64,000 nt of DNA, from assembly GCF_000427885.1 (NCBI RefSeq), contig NZ_ATYW01000001.1, positions 147 to 64,146 on the forward strand, written 5' to 3'. Positions 1-10,045 of this stretch are shown in pieces. Below the pieces are notes generated by a model. That model ran no database searches and was not told the DNA's origin. It saw only the letters and a list, made by a program, of their open reading frames with translations. Within the stretch, counting starts at the first letter, position 1; each line of letters opens with the position of its first letter. The position numbers and the translations under genes were made by a program. The stretch is from Glycomyces tenuis DSM 44171 (lineage in GTDB: Bacteria > Actinomycetota > Actinomycetes > Mycobacteriales > Micromonosporaceae).

Positions 1-59
1 CGTCGAGATACATCCTGACCGCTTCGGCCTTGAACTCCTCGGGAAAACGACGGTGATAC

Positions 60-1520
60 TTCGAGGTCGACACTTTCACTCCTTGCACCCCGAACCTTAC
101 TGGTCCGAAGCATCAGGGTGTCAACACCAAGGGATCAAGCCCCGGTTTCGGTGCGCTGGCCAGAGGGGGCAGTTGCGCGTGGAGGTCCGGGAAAGCCCGG
201 CGGACGCGGGCTGGGGTGAGCCGGCCGGGCGCTGTGGGGGCTTCCCAGGGCAGACGGAGGTCGGCGGCCTGCTCGCGCGCGAGGTGCAGCTGGGTGAAGG
301 CGGTGATGACGATCCAGGTCCAGGTGTCGGCCGATTCGGGGTCGCGGAGCTGGGGGACGGTCCAGCCCAGGGTTTGTTTGAGGAAGCGGAAGGTGTGCTC
401 GATGTCGAAGCGGCGCAGCCAGGCCGACCAGAGCGCATCGAGGGAGTCGGCATCGAGGCCGGACTGGGAGGTCTAAAGCCACAGCGGCTGGGGTGTGCCG
501 GTGTGCGGGAGCCGTTCGGTCTCCAGGCGGATGAGGGTGCCCTCGATGATCGGCAGGTCGCCGTCGTGGTCGATCCAGGCCGATCGCTGCTTGAGCCATG
601 GATGCAGTGCCTCCCATGACCGGGCTTCGAGGCGGCCGTAGCGGGCCGTCTCGGTCGCCGTGGTGGTATCGGGCTCGCCCCAGGTCGTCGGGTCGCTCAT
701 GCGGTGGGCGCGGCCGTGTTTCGGGCGGCGACCCCGGCCGGAGGCGGGGGTGGGGCGGCCGTAGAGCACCCGGTCCGATCTGAGGCGCCCGATGATGATC
801 ACCGGCAGGTCGCCCAGTTGGTGGGCCAGGCGGGGCACGTCATAGCCCGCGTCGGTCACGATCAGGATCGGCGCCTCGCCCGGCCGGTGTTGCCCAGCGC
901 CGATCAGGGCCTCGATGACGCTGCGCAGCTGGGCCGTGGTCGTCTCGGCCGCATCGTCGTCTTGGCCGATGCGGACCGCATCCAGGATCTGGGTCCATGA
1001 GGAGGCGCCCGATGCGAGCGTGGCGACGAAGGAGTACGACCAGCCGGGCACCATCTGGTCCTGGCCGCGGCCGTGCCCGGTCACATGGCAGTACAAGCGC
1101 CCCGGCGAACAGTTCGCGTCCGGGCGCAGCCACCCGGTCGCATCCACGGCCAGGACGATCCGGCCGCCGACGCGTCCGAGCCGCTGACCGGACAGCAGAC
1201 CCTGGAGCCGGTCGGTATCGATCCGGCCGGCGTTCAGTGCCTCGTACAGGCTTCCGTGCCCGCGTCGGAATGCGCCGTTCAGCGACAAGGCCGGCAGCGA
1301 TCTCACCGGGCCCGGGCTGCACAGCAGCGCATCGGCCAGTTCGAACAGGGCATCGCCGCGCGAGGTCAGACACTGGTAGAACCGGGCGCGGAACGACTCC
1401 AGCGCCCCAGCGCCAGCGACAGCGCCGACTTCAGGAAGAATAGACAAGCGAAGCCCTTGCTAGATGAACGTTCTTGCGTAGCAACAAGAATCATCCGGCA
1501 AGGGCTTCGCTCATGGTCAA
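60..1520 (-). mobile_element. IS701-like (IS4-superfamily) insertion sequence; boundaries approximate
   Basis: Contains a DDE transposase gene at 113..1447. An inverted-repeat hairpin caagcgaagcccttgc / gcaagggcttcgct lies at 1441-1513 just beyond the transposase start. The terminal inverted repeats could not be resolved by eye. Confidence 0.4.
113..1447 (-). pseudogene. IS701-family DDE transposase with an in-frame TAG at 473-475
   Basis: The 324-aa N-terminal part (MSILPEVGAV...PQPLWL) ends at TAG 473-475. The same frame continues for 119 more codons (TSQSGLDADSLDALWSAWLRRFDIEHTFRFLKQTLGW...GLDPLVLTP) to TGA at 113-115. The C-terminal block RFDIEHTFRFLKQ is the typical DDE 'E' region of this transposase family. 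Confidence 0.75.
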
Positions 1521-1832
1521 GCGGGCTCACCACCACCAGCAGTAAACCTTAAAAATCAAGCTGAAGACCTGTCCGTCCCGGTCCACGGACACGGCCTGGC
1601 GGTCGGTGATGACGAGGCGGGGATTCGGAGGGTTGCAGCGGCTCCTCGGAGAACGGCCCGGCGGGCCGCCGCGGCCAGATCCCCACTATGGAAACGGCCG
1701 GTCATATCGGTTCGCCGCGCTCGTCTGGATCGTCAAGTGGTGGTTTCCGCTACCCGCCCGTCGTAAGGTATGGAGCGGACCGAGCCCGTGCGGATGTCAC
1801 GGCACCAGCGCCGAGTGAAACGAGGACGGATC

Positions 1833-2849
1833 ATGAAGGCCATCAGTTACCACGAACACGGCGGTCCCGACGTGCTGCAGCTCGTCGACCGTGAGCTGCC
1901 CGAGCCCGGCCCCGGCGAGGTCCGCGTCCGGATCACCGTGTCCGGGGTCAACCCGACCGACTGGAAGACCCGCGCCGGCGCCAACGGCCCCACAGAGTCA
2001 GCGGTCATTCCGCACCTGGACGGCGCCGGTGTGATCGAGGCCGTGGGCGAGGGCGTCGAACGCGACCGGGTCGGCCAGCGGGTCTGGCTGCTCATGGTCG
2101 CCCCTGGACGGCCCGGCGGCACCGCCGCCGAGTTCACCGTCGTGCCCGCCGAGCAGGCCGTGCCGCTGCCCGACGAGGCCGGTTTCGACCTCGGCGCCTC
2201 ACTCGGCGTCCCAGCGCACACCGCGCACCGTGCGCTCACCGTCGCCGAGGACGGGCCGAGGCGTCTGCGCCCCGGGGCGCTCGAGGGCAAAGTGGTGCTC
2301 GCCGCGGGCGGAGCGGGAGCGGTCGGGCACGCGGTGATCCAGCTCGCCCGATGGGCCGGCGCCACCGTGATCAGCACGATCAGCGGCCCCGAGAAGGCCC
2401 GGCTGGCCACCGCCGCCGGAGCCCACCACGTGGTCAACTATCGCGAGGGCGACCCGGCCGCCGAGATCCGCGCGATCGCCCCGGACGGCGTCGACATCAT
2501 CGCCGAGGTGGCGCTCGGCGCGAATCTCGACCTGGACCTGGCCGTCCTGCGGACGCGCGGCACGATCGCGGTCTACGCCAACGACGGCGACAAGCCGGTC
2601 GGACTGGACGTGCGCCAGAACATGATGCTGAACACGCGATTCCAGTTCCTGGTGCTCTACACGGTCGGTTCGGAGGTGCTCGCCGCGGCTTCCGAGGACG
2701 TGTCGGCGGCGGTGGGCGACGGCGCCCTGCCGGTCGGCGAGGAGCACGGCCTGCCGCTGGTCCGCTTCCCGCTCGACCGCACCGCCGACGCGCACCGGGC
2801 CGTGGAGGGCGGCGCGGTCGGCAAGGTCCTGGTGGACGTCTCGCGCTGA
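1833..2849 (+). CDS. NADPH:quinone oxidoreductase / zinc-type MDR-family dehydrogenase
   Basis: MKAISYHEHGGPDVLQLVDRELPEPGPGEVRVRITVSGVNPTDWK... with a GGAGAVGHAVIQLARWAGA Rossmann motif. An RBS GAGGACGGATC precedes the ATG at 1833. Confidence 0.8.
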   Translation: MKAISYHEHGGPDVLQLVDRELPEPGPGEVRVRITVSGVNPTDWKTRAGANGPTESAVIPHLDGAGVIEAVGEGVERDRVGQRVWLLMVAPGRPGGTAAEFTVVPAEQAVPLPDEAGFDLGASLGVPAHTAHRALTVAEDGPRRLRPGALEGKVVLAAGGAGAVGHAVIQLARWAGATVISTISGPEKARLATAAGAHHVVNYREGDPAAEIRAIAPDGVDIIAEVALGANLDLDLAVLRTRGTIAVYANDGDKPVGLDVRQNMMLNTRFQFLVLYTVGSEVLAAASEDVSAAVGDGALPVGEEHGLPLVRFPLDRTADAHRAVEGGAVGKVLVDVSR

Positions 2850-3006
2850 CGTCCGCTCGGCACAGGGGACTCCAGGCCTCCGCATTCGCGAACGCCTGGG
2901 ACGATCTCGGACCTGCTGCGCGGGAGATCGGCGGCTACGACCGGATCGGGTTCGCCGGGGCTGAGAGCGGCTCTCCCCGCGGGTCAGGCCGGGTTCGCGC
3001 CCGGCC

Positions 3007-3618
3007 TCACCGCTGTTCGGGGCTCGGCGTGGTCGCTCCGATGTGGGCGGCGAGGTGTTCGGGGAGCGGATAGGGGCGTTCCGGGGGCAGAGCACTGCGG
3101 GCCTCGTCGGTGCGGCCCGCGGCGAGGTGCTCGGCGATGGTCCTGGCGAGGCCGGTGACGTCGGTGATCGAGGCGATCCAGGCGTCCGCATAGCGGTCGA
3201 CGGCCTCCCCAGAAAGTCCTATCTGGATCGATCGGTGCTCCAGGCGGTTCAGGCGGAGGTCCCGCTCGGGGTCCCACTGGACGCGCACCGGCGAGGCGGC
3301 CAGTCTGGACCGCCACGCGCCGTGGTCCTCGTCGTCGGCGGGATGGCTGGGGCAGGAGTGCGCGAGCGCCCATTCGAAGCCGTCTCGGGCGATCGCGATC
3401 GCGAGGACCCGCCTCTGGCCGGGCTTGGCCGCCCAGCCGCAGCGGTACATCATCCACAGGAACGACGGCTTGATCCAGGTCATGCGCTCGCGCTTGAACG
3501 GCGCGACGAAGGTCTGCGCCGCCAGGGCCGGGGAGGCGATGGCGGGGTCGTAGGCCTGGTAGACGGTCACGGTGTCGGAGTCGTGGACGGCGCGGATCTG
3601 CCGCTGGGGTGTTGGCAT
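3007..3618 (-). CDS. DUF4291-like hypothetical protein
   Basis: Protein-like composition (..TVYQAYDPAIASPALAAQTFVAPFKRERMTWIKPSFLWMMYRCGW..). An internal ATG at 3618 has an AGGA RBS. The ORF could extend to a TTG at 3654. Confidence 0.5.
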   Translation of the reverse strand: MPTPQRQIRAVHDSDTVTVYQAYDPAIASPALAAQTFVAPFKRERMTWIKPSFLWMMYRCGWAAKPGQRRVLAIAIARDGFEWALAHSCPSHPADDEDHGAWRSRLAASPVRVQWDPERDLRLNRLEHRSIQIGLSGEAVDRYADAWIASITDVTGLARTIAEHLAAGRTDEARSALPPERPYPLPEHLAAHIGATTPSPEQR

Positions 3619-3675
3619 ACCGCGAATCCTGACAGCGCGCGGGCCGTTCGGCAATCCGATATCGAGGGTGTCGGC

Positions 3676-4572
3676 TCACCAGGTGCGCGCGGCCTCGATC
3701 ACGGCGCTCCGCACCCGCCCCACGGCGCTGTCGGCGCTCGAGGAGCGGCGCTCCACCAGATAGATCGTGTTGAACGGAATCGTCTCGGGGCGGTGCACGA
3801 TCTCGATCTCGCGCCGGTCCAGCTCGGTCGAGCACAGGTAGGTGGGCAGCACCGAGATCCCCAGGCCCGCCTTCACGGCGTTGAGCACCGACCGCAGGTC
3901 AGGCACGATCATCGCACCGGTCATGTCGGGCAGTCTGCTGTAGACGGTTCGCCAATAGCGCCGCACGACCGGCAGATCGGGGGCGTAGGCGATCATCCGG
4001 CACTGCGGCGGGAAGTCGCCCGCGGCCCTGGCGCACTCGGACAGGTCGGCGAGCGGCCGGTAGTCCGGCGGCGCGACGAGCACGAACTCCTCGTCGAACA
4101 GCGGCGTGCCCCGCAGGTCGTCGCGGCCCGGCTTCGTGGTGGAGATGACGAGGTCGTACTTGCCCGCGCCGATGCCCTTGAGGAGCCCGCCCGGCAGGCC
4201 GTGGACGGCGTGGATGCGGATGCCCATGGTCAGGCACTCGCTCAGCGAGGGGATCACGGCGACGCCGAGGAGTTCGGCCGGGCCGCCGATGTAGACGGTC
4301 GGCTCCATCGGCTCGAGCTCGTCGATGTGCCGGCTCCACAGGGTCTCCAGCGAATCGAGATGAGTGGCGACGTCCTTGGCGAGCGCGTGGGCCCTCGGCA
4401 GCGGGACGGCCCCCTGAGCGGTCCGGTCGAACAGCGGGAAGCCGAGCCGCCGTTCGAGGTTCTGGATCTGCGAGGTGACGCCCGGCTGCGAGAGTCCGAG
4501 GTGGACCGCCGATCTGGAGAACGACCCGGTCCGGTAGACGGCCATGAAACTCCGCAGCAAGTCCAGGTGCAT
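3676..4572 (-). CDS. LysR-family transcriptional regulator
   Basis: N-terminal HTH MHLDLLRSFMAVYRTGSFSRSAVHLGLSQPGVTSQIQNLERRLGFPLFDR, followed by a LysR substrate-binding domain. Confidence 0.85.
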   Translation of the reverse strand: MHLDLLRSFMAVYRTGSFSRSAVHLGLSQPGVTSQIQNLERRLGFPLFDRTAQGAVPLPRAHALAKDVATHLDSLETLWSRHIDELEPMEPTVYIGGPAELLGVAVIPSLSECLTMGIRIHAVHGLPGGLLKGIGAGKYDLVISTTKPGRDDLRGTPLFDEEFVLVAPPDYRPLADLSECARAAGDFPPQCRMIAYAPDLPVVRRYWRTVYSRLPDMTGAMIVPDLRSVLNAVKAGLGISVLPTYLCSTELDRREIEIVHRPETIPFNTIYLVERRSSSADSAVGRVRSAVIEAARTW

Positions 4573-4712
4573 GTCGGCCTTCCGATGGTCGCCGGAGAAC
4601 GGGGGCTCCAGAGCGATCGTAGTCGCCGTGCGCCACCGCATGGGGACGGCGCGTTGCCCGGCCCTCGAACGAGGACCGGGCAACGCGTTGCGTCGGGATC
4701 TGCGAACCGGCC

Positions 4713-5378
4713 CTACGACAGCGCCTCGACCACCAGGCGGGCGGTCTTCTCCGCCGAGGCGGGGTTCTGCCCGGTCACCAGCCGCTGGTCCGACACGGCG
4801 TACTCGGTGAACTTGGCGCCGCCCTCCCACTTCGCGCCGCGCTCCTGGAGGCGACGCTGGAGCAGGAACGGCACGGTCCTGTCGAGGCCCACGGCGGCCT
4901 CCTCCTCGTCGGTGAAGGAGTTGACCCGCTTCCCGGCCACGAGGTAGGAGCCGTCGGAGAGCTTGATGTTGACCAGGCCGGCCGGGCCGTGGCAGACCGC
5001 GGCGACGACGCCGCCGCGCTCGTAGACCTCGGCCGCCAGCCGCGCCAGCTCCTCGGAGTCGGGCAGGTCCCACATGGTGCCGTGCCCGCCGACGTAGAAG
5101 ACGGCGTCGTACTCACCGGAGTCGACCTCGCCCGCGCTGGGCGTGGACTTCAACCGCTCGCCCTCGGTCTCGAGGAACTCCTTCTGGACCGGGTCGTCGT
5201 CCTTCAGGCCGTCCTGCGGGGGCTCGCCGCCCTTGACCGAGACGAAGTCGACCTCGAAGCCGGCGTCGCGGAACACCCGGTACGGGTGCGCGGCCTCCGG
5301 CACGTAGAAGCCGGTCTTGCGGCCGGTGTCGCCGAGCTCGGCGTTGCTGGTCAAGGCCAGCAGGATCTTCTTGCTCAT
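4713..5378 (-). CDS. DJ-1/PfpI (type-1 glutamine amidotransferase-like) family protein
   Basis: MSKKILLALTSNAELGDTGRKTGFYVPEAAHPY...DAVFYVGGHGTMWDL...VAAVCHGPAGL (nucleophile-elbow Cys). Confidence 0.8.
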   Translation of the reverse strand: MSKKILLALTSNAELGDTGRKTGFYVPEAAHPYRVFRDAGFEVDFVSVKGGEPPQDGLKDDDPVQKEFLETEGERLKSTPSAGEVDSGEYDAVFYVGGHGTMWDLPDSEELARLAAEVYERGGVVAAVCHGPAGLVNIKLSDGSYLVAGKRVNSFTDEEEAAVGLDRTVPFLLQRRLQERGAKWEGGAKFTEYAVSDQRLVTGQNPASAEKTARLVVEALS

Positions 5379-5429
5379 CAGTTCGTTCCCTTCATGTGTC
5401 GTTCCGGCGGTCCCTCGCCGCCGGGTCCG

Positions 5430-6164
5430 TCAAATCCGTGAGGCCGAGGCCAGGCCGGGGAGGTCGGCCAGGTCGAGGGCGTCGACGCCGAGCGCCTCGG
5501 CGCGCGCGTGCTGCTCGGGTGTGCTGTAACCCCAACGGGCCCAGAATGTTCGGGCGCCGGTGGAGCGGACGCGGAGGACGTTGTCCAAGTTGTCGTCGAT
5601 GAACACCGACGACGCCGCGTCCAGACCCGCTTCGGCGCAGAGCCGTTCGAGCTCCCGCGCCTTGTCGTGGCACTCGCCCAACACCGCCCGGACGCCCTCC
5701 TCCAGGCCGTGGGCGACCAGGATGGCGCGGACGGACGGCTCGTCCTTCGCGGTCACGATCGCCACCGGCGCCCCCGCGCCGCGGATCAGTTCGGCGATGC
5801 CCGGGTAGAGGGTGTGCATGGCCGCCCACGCGGCCGGGTCGCGCCGGCGAATCGCCTCGCGGGCCGCCGTGGCGCGTTCGGCGAAGGCCGCGGCCCTGGC
5901 CTCGCCGGCCTCGGCGAAGCGGCGGTCGAAGTCCGCCTGGTCCGCGATCTCCGTCGAGCCGGGGACGTGCGCCACGATGAAGTGGTCGAGGGTGCGGCAG
6001 TAGGGCCGGACCGCCCGGAACCGCTCGGCGAACGAGGCGGGGGCGCGGCCGAGGTGGTCCTCGGCCGCGCCGTCCCGCTCGTTCGGGCGCATGCCCAGCC
6101 ACGCGACGGCGGCGCACTCGTCGAAGGCGTCGGCGATCACGCCGTCGAAGTCGAGGACGAGCAC
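5430..6164 (-). CDS. HAD-superfamily hydrolase
   Basis: GTG start preceded by GGAGG. Motif I VLVLDFDGVIADAF and motif IV FIDDNLDNV. The start overlaps the TAG stop of the upstream PfpI gene (TAGTG). Confidence 0.75.
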   Translation of the reverse strand: MLVLDFDGVIADAFDECAAVAWLGMRPNERDGAAEDHLGRAPASFAERFRAVRPYCRTLDHFIVAHVPGSTEIADQADFDRRFAEAGEARAAAFAERATAAREAIRRRDPAAWAAMHTLYPGIAELIRGAGAPVAIVTAKDEPSVRAILVAHGLEEGVRAVLGECHDKARELERLCAEAGLDAASSVFIDDNLDNVLRVRSTGARTFWARWGYSTPEQHARAEALGVDALDLADLPGLASASRI

Positions 6165-6703
6165 TACGCCTCCAGCTTCTCGACGGTCTCGAAGACCGCC
6201 TTCATGAACGCCCCGACATAGGCGTAGTAGGAGCAGGTGATGATGTTGCCGTCGACGATCACGTCGCTGTCGACCACCTCGGCGCCGGCGTTGACGACGT
6301 CGTCGCGCAGGCCGATGTAGGCGCAGGCCTTGCGGCCCTTGAGCACTCCGGCGCTGACCATGATCCAGGGACCGTGGCACAGGCCGGCCACGACCTTCCC
6401 GGACTCGGCCATGGAGGAGACGAAGCCGGTCACGCGCCCGTCCTGGCGAACGCGGTCGGGGGCCTCGTGGCCGCCGGTGAGGATGACCGCGTCGTAGGCC
6501 TCGACCTCGAGGTCGTCGAAGCCGATCAGCGGCGCCGCGGTCTTGTCCATCGGCAGGGGGACGCCGTACTTGCCGACGACCGGCTCGCCGTTCTTGGTGG
6601 CGATGTCGGCCTGCCAGCCCTCCTCGAGCATCCGGTAGTAGGTGTAGACCACGTCGTGGTCCTGGAAGCCTGGTCCCGTGATGATCACTGCGTTGCGGGT
6701 CAT
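6164..6703 (-). CDS. DJ-1/PfpI family protein
   Basis: MTRNAVIITGPGFQDHDVVYTYYRMLEEGW...AVILTGGHEAPD...VAGLCHGPWIMVSAGVL. RBS GGAGGAACC. ATGA start/stop overlap with the upstream cupin gene. Confidence 0.8.
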   Translation of the reverse strand: MTRNAVIITGPGFQDHDVVYTYYRMLEEGWQADIATKNGEPVVGKYGVPLPMDKTAAPLIGFDDLEVEAYDAVILTGGHEAPDRVRQDGRVTGFVSSMAESGKVVAGLCHGPWIMVSAGVLKGRKACAYIGLRDDVVNAGAEVVDSDVIVDGNIITCSYYAYVGAFMKAVFETVEKLEA

Positions 6704-7503
6704 GGCCGGGGTTCCTCCGTTCGTTCGGGGCGGTTGATGGCGAGATAGACCGTGTCGGTGTTGGGGCGGCGGGGGTCGCTCGCGTTGGTGAGGATCTCGA
6801 CCTCGCGATGGACCGCGCCCGACATGCACAGCGGGACGTAGAACATGTCGCCGACCGCGCGCCTGTAGAAGACGTCGAAGCCGGTGCGGACGCTGTACTC
6901 GGTCCGCTTGTCGGGCGAGCGGGGGCGGATGCGGGCGTGGGGCCGGTTCCGGACGGCGCGCATCGGGCGGCCGGCGTCCCGGTGGTCGGACTCGTACGGC
7001 GCGCCCACGCGGCTGTATCCGTCTTCGAGTCGCAGCAGGTCGAACTTGTTCCGAGGCGTCTCCACCTCGATGAGTTCGAGCGGCTCGCCGCCGGTGCTGC
7101 GGGTGGTGTGGAAGGCGCCGGGGGCGATGCGGAGCATGGTGCCGACGCCGACGTCCACGCTCTTGGCGAGCCCGCTGGTGACGCCCTGCCCGCTCAGGCA
7201 GAGCAGGTAGGTGACCTTGCGGGGGTGGACGTGCATGGAGGTGCTGTGGGGCGATTCGATGTGAAGCGCCCAGAAGTCGAAGTAGTCGTCGACGTAGGCG
7301 CGGTACTCGTATCCCCACGGCTTCGGGATGACGTCGTCGAGGTACGAGTCCGTGTCGAATTGCTCGACGCCGGCGCGCATTCCCTCCTTGGAGAGGGAGT
7401 TCAGCCGTTCGATATCGCGGCTCCCCGCCTCGAATTCGATCGGCCTATAACGTGAAGTAGACTTAAGTGATGTTGGCGGTGCGGGAGGATTCGGGATCGA
7501 CAT
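6700..7503 (-). CDS. Cupin-domain protein
   Basis: MSIPNPPAPP... with a cupin core (FWALHIESPHSTSMHVHPRKVTYLLCLSGQGV...GTMLRIAPGAFH). RBS GGAGGAGAAACACCG precedes ATG 7503. Confidence 0.6.
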   Translation of the reverse strand: MSIPNPPAPPTSLKSTSRYRPIEFEAGSRDIERLNSLSKEGMRAGVEQFDTDSYLDDVIPKPWGYEYRAYVDDYFDFWALHIESPHSTSMHVHPRKVTYLLCLSGQGVTSGLAKSVDVGVGTMLRIAPGAFHTTRSTGGEPLELIEVETPRNKFDLLRLEDGYSRVGAPYESDHRDAGRPMRAVRNRPHARIRPRSPDKRTEYSVRTGFDVFYRRAVGDMFYVPLCMSGAVHREVEILTNASDPRRPNTDTVYLAINRPERTEEPRP

Positions 7504-7831
7504 CGGTGTTTCTCCTCCGTCTGAAAGGGTTTCCCTTGAGCCGCCGATGCGACGCTGCACGCTGCGGCTCTGGTGGGTCCCATTGCAGCAAGGCTTTCGC
7601 ATGATTGTCCAATAGCAATTCCTTCAGGCGGCGAAAGCTATTTCTATGCACACTGGCCCCGGTGGGCGCCGAACGCCGAATACCTCTTCTTGATTCGCAT
7701 CACAGTTGAATTCGGTCACTGGGCGGAGAAGCATGGAGGCCCGTTGCGCGTCGCGATGTCCCGCTTCGAGACGGGCCTGCTCGACCGCTATCCCGTTGCT
7801 CCGCCGACCGGCGGTGTGGCATGGTGATGCG

Positions 7832-8410
7832 ATGTTCGCATCAGGTGGGCTGCCGCGCAGCGTCGACGAGGCCGTCGCCGCCGAACGGGCCGGGGAGCGG
7901 CTGCGGTTCGTGCATTTCTGGGGCCACGCGCCCGGCCCGGACGGCCTGGGGGCCGGGTGCCTCAGCCAGTGGTGGCCCGCCGAGTTCACCGAGGACGGGC
8001 GCGTCTTCGCCTCCGCCGAGCACTACATGATGGCGCACAAGGCCTGGCTGTTCGGGGACGAGGACGGCGCCGAGAAGATCCTGGAGGCCGGGCACCCCGG
8101 CGAGGCCCAGCGGCTCGGGCGCGAGGTGCGGGGCTTCGACGGCGAGGTGTGGAAGGAGCACCGCTTCGCGATCGTGACGCGAGGGAACGTCGCCAAGTTC
8201 GCGCAGCACCCGGAATTGGAGCGGTTCCTGCTCGGAACGCGAGAGAGGGTCCTGGTCGAGGCCAGCCCGAGGGACCGGATCTGGGGCATCGGCTTGAGCG
8301 CCGACGACCCGGACGCGGACTCGCCTTCGGCGTGGCGGGGTCTGAACCTGCTCGGCTTCGCGCTCATGGCCGCCAGGGATCGGCTCGCCGGTGCTGCTTC
8401 GGCGGGCTGA
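7832..8410 (+). CDS. NADAR (YbiA-like, DUF1768) family protein
   Basis: RFVHFWGH...SAEHYMMAHKAWLFGD...ASPRDRIWGIGL, the characteristic NADAR motifs. Confidence 0.7.
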   Translation: MFASGGLPRSVDEAVAAERAGERLRFVHFWGHAPGPDGLGAGCLSQWWPAEFTEDGRVFASAEHYMMAHKAWLFGDEDGAEKILEAGHPGEAQRLGREVRGFDGEVWKEHRFAIVTRGNVAKFAQHPELERFLLGTRERVLVEASPRDRIWGIGLSADDPDADSPSAWRGLNLLGFALMAARDRLAGAASAG

Positions 8411-8828
8411 GAGCGGGGACGCGGCGGGCATCGGGGACGTCTTCCTCGCCGCGCGTGCGGGCATGGAGTACCTGCCGCGGCTGTACTCGGACGAGCAGAC
8501 TCGGGCGTGGATCGAGCACGTGATGCTCGCCGAGTGCAAGGTGTGCGTGGCGGAGCTCGACGGGCGGGTCGTCGGGTTCGCGGCGCTGAACGGCCCATGG
8601 CTGGACCACCTGTACGTCGACCCCGAGCATCAGGGTCTCGGAATCGGCTCCGAGCTGCTCGAGTCGGCGATGCAGGCCCGCGGGCACGGGCTCGAGCTGC
8701 GGGTGTTCGAGCGGAACGAGGCGGCCATGCGGTTCTATGAGCGCCACGGCTTCACGGTCGTCGAGCGCGGCGACGGGGGCGACAACGAGGAGGGCCTGCC
8801 CGACGTCCACTACCGGTGGCGGGCCTGA
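8391..8828 (+). CDS. GNAT-family N-acetyltransferase
   Basis: ...RVVGFAALNGPWLDHLYVDPEHQGLGIGSELLESAM...RFYERHGF (acetyl-CoA binding motif). The GTG start overlaps the NADAR 3' end. Confidence 0.8.
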   Translation: MLLRRAESGDAAGIGDVFLAARAGMEYLPRLYSDEQTRAWIEHVMLAECKVCVAELDGRVVGFAALNGPWLDHLYVDPEHQGLGIGSELLESAMQARGHGLELRVFERNEAAMRFYERHGFTVVERGDGGDNEEGLPDVHYRWRA

Positions 8829-8847
8829 ACGGGCGGCTCCGCGAAGC

Positions 8848-9482
8848 TCAGGCGCGTTCGCCGGCGGCCGCGGCGATGCCGAGGCCGATCATGGACGTCC
8901 CGCCGACACCGCCGAGCACCCGCTTGGAGCGCGGGGACCTGAGCAGGTTCCGGGCCGCCGAGGCCACGAGGCTCCACCCGGTGTCGCACACGACCGCGAT
9001 CGCGGCGAAGACGGCCCCGAGCACCAGCATCTGCACCATGACCGACCCGGCATCGGGATTCACGAACTGCGGCAGGATCGCCAGGAAGAACAGGATCGTC
9101 TTCGGGTTGAGGACTCCCACCAGGAAGCCCTCGAAGACCGTCCACGCCGTCCGCTTTGGCTCGTCCTCGGCGGCGTCGGGCACTTCGAGCGCCCCCTTGC
9201 GGTCCCGGAACGCCTTGACGCCCAGGAAGATGAGGTAGGCCGCACCGGCGTACTTGACGATGCCGAAGGCCAGCGCCGACTGCTGGACGATCGCTCCGAG
9301 CCCGACCGCGACGAGCGCCGCCGCCGCGAACGCCCCGACGGCGTTGCCGATCGCGGTGAGCACGGCCTTCCGGCGCCCATAGGCCAGGGCCCGCCCGACG
9401 ACGAACATGACGCTCGGACCGGGGATCAGGATGATGATGAGCGCGGCGACGCCGAACGCCAGCAGTTGACCGACACTGAGCA
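8848..9482 (-). CDS. LysE/RhtB-family amino-acid exporter
   Basis: MLSVGQLLAFGVAALIIILIPGPSVMFVVGRALAYGRRKAVLTAIGNAVG..., six TM segments, LysE signature. Confidence 0.85.
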
Positions 9483-9549
9483 TGACCAGATCCAACCATT
9501 TCGCCCCGAGCCGGTCAACGCCGTTCCATCGCCTGCGTCGCCTCCGCCG

Positions 9550-9960
9550 GCCACTGCACGGTTCACGGAAAGCCCTCAAGACTCCGCGTCCACCGATCGC
9601 GGCACGGTTCACGACCGACCCTCAACACTCCCGCAGCCACCGACCGCGGGGGGTCGCGGAAGGCCTTCAAGACCCCGTGTCCGCCGAGGAGGCCGCCCGC
9701 GAACGAGCACGGCGGCGCCGGGACCGGTTCGGTCGCCGACGCCGCCGCTGGGCACTCCTCCACATCATCGGCCATCGCGACCGTCGCCATTGCCCCGACA
9801 CGCCTGAAACGTCCGTGTCGTCACCCGACTGGCGGGACACCCGTCCGACACGCCGAGGCCCGGCGCCGTTCCACTGCACTTCGGCCGTACTTCCACTGTG
9901 CGTCGTCTGCGCTTCAGCCGCGCTTCGGCTGTACTTCCACTGCGCTCCACCCGAGACTGG
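9550..9960. repeat. Two families of imperfect tandem repeats in the 5' region of the secreted-protein gene
   Basis: About 45-bp units: cacggttcacggaaagccctcaagactccgcgtccaccgatcgcgg, cacggttcacgaccgaccctcaacactcccgcagccaccgaccgcgg and gtcgcggaaggccttcaagaccccgtgtccgcc at 9556-9690. Second family ttcggccgtacttccactgtgcg / ttcggctgtacttccactgcgct at 9870-9950. Confidence 0.5.
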
Positions 9961-10045
9961 TTCGCATAACACACTATGGGTTCAGTTGCCGTCCATAACG
10001 ACCGCAACCGCTCTTCTCCCCACGAAGACGAAGGAGCACAACGAA

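Noticed and set aside
3043-4947. 634-aa plus-strand ORF
   Set aside because: Antisense to the confident LysR and DJ-1 genes; low-complexity composition.
7573-7827. 84-aa ORF in the low-GC intergenic region upstream of the NADAR gene
   Set aside because: No RBS, composition atypical, more likely promoter/5' UTR.
9550-9960. CRISPR array
   Set aside because: Units are directly adjacent and imperfect, with no repeat-spacer periodicity and no cas genes.
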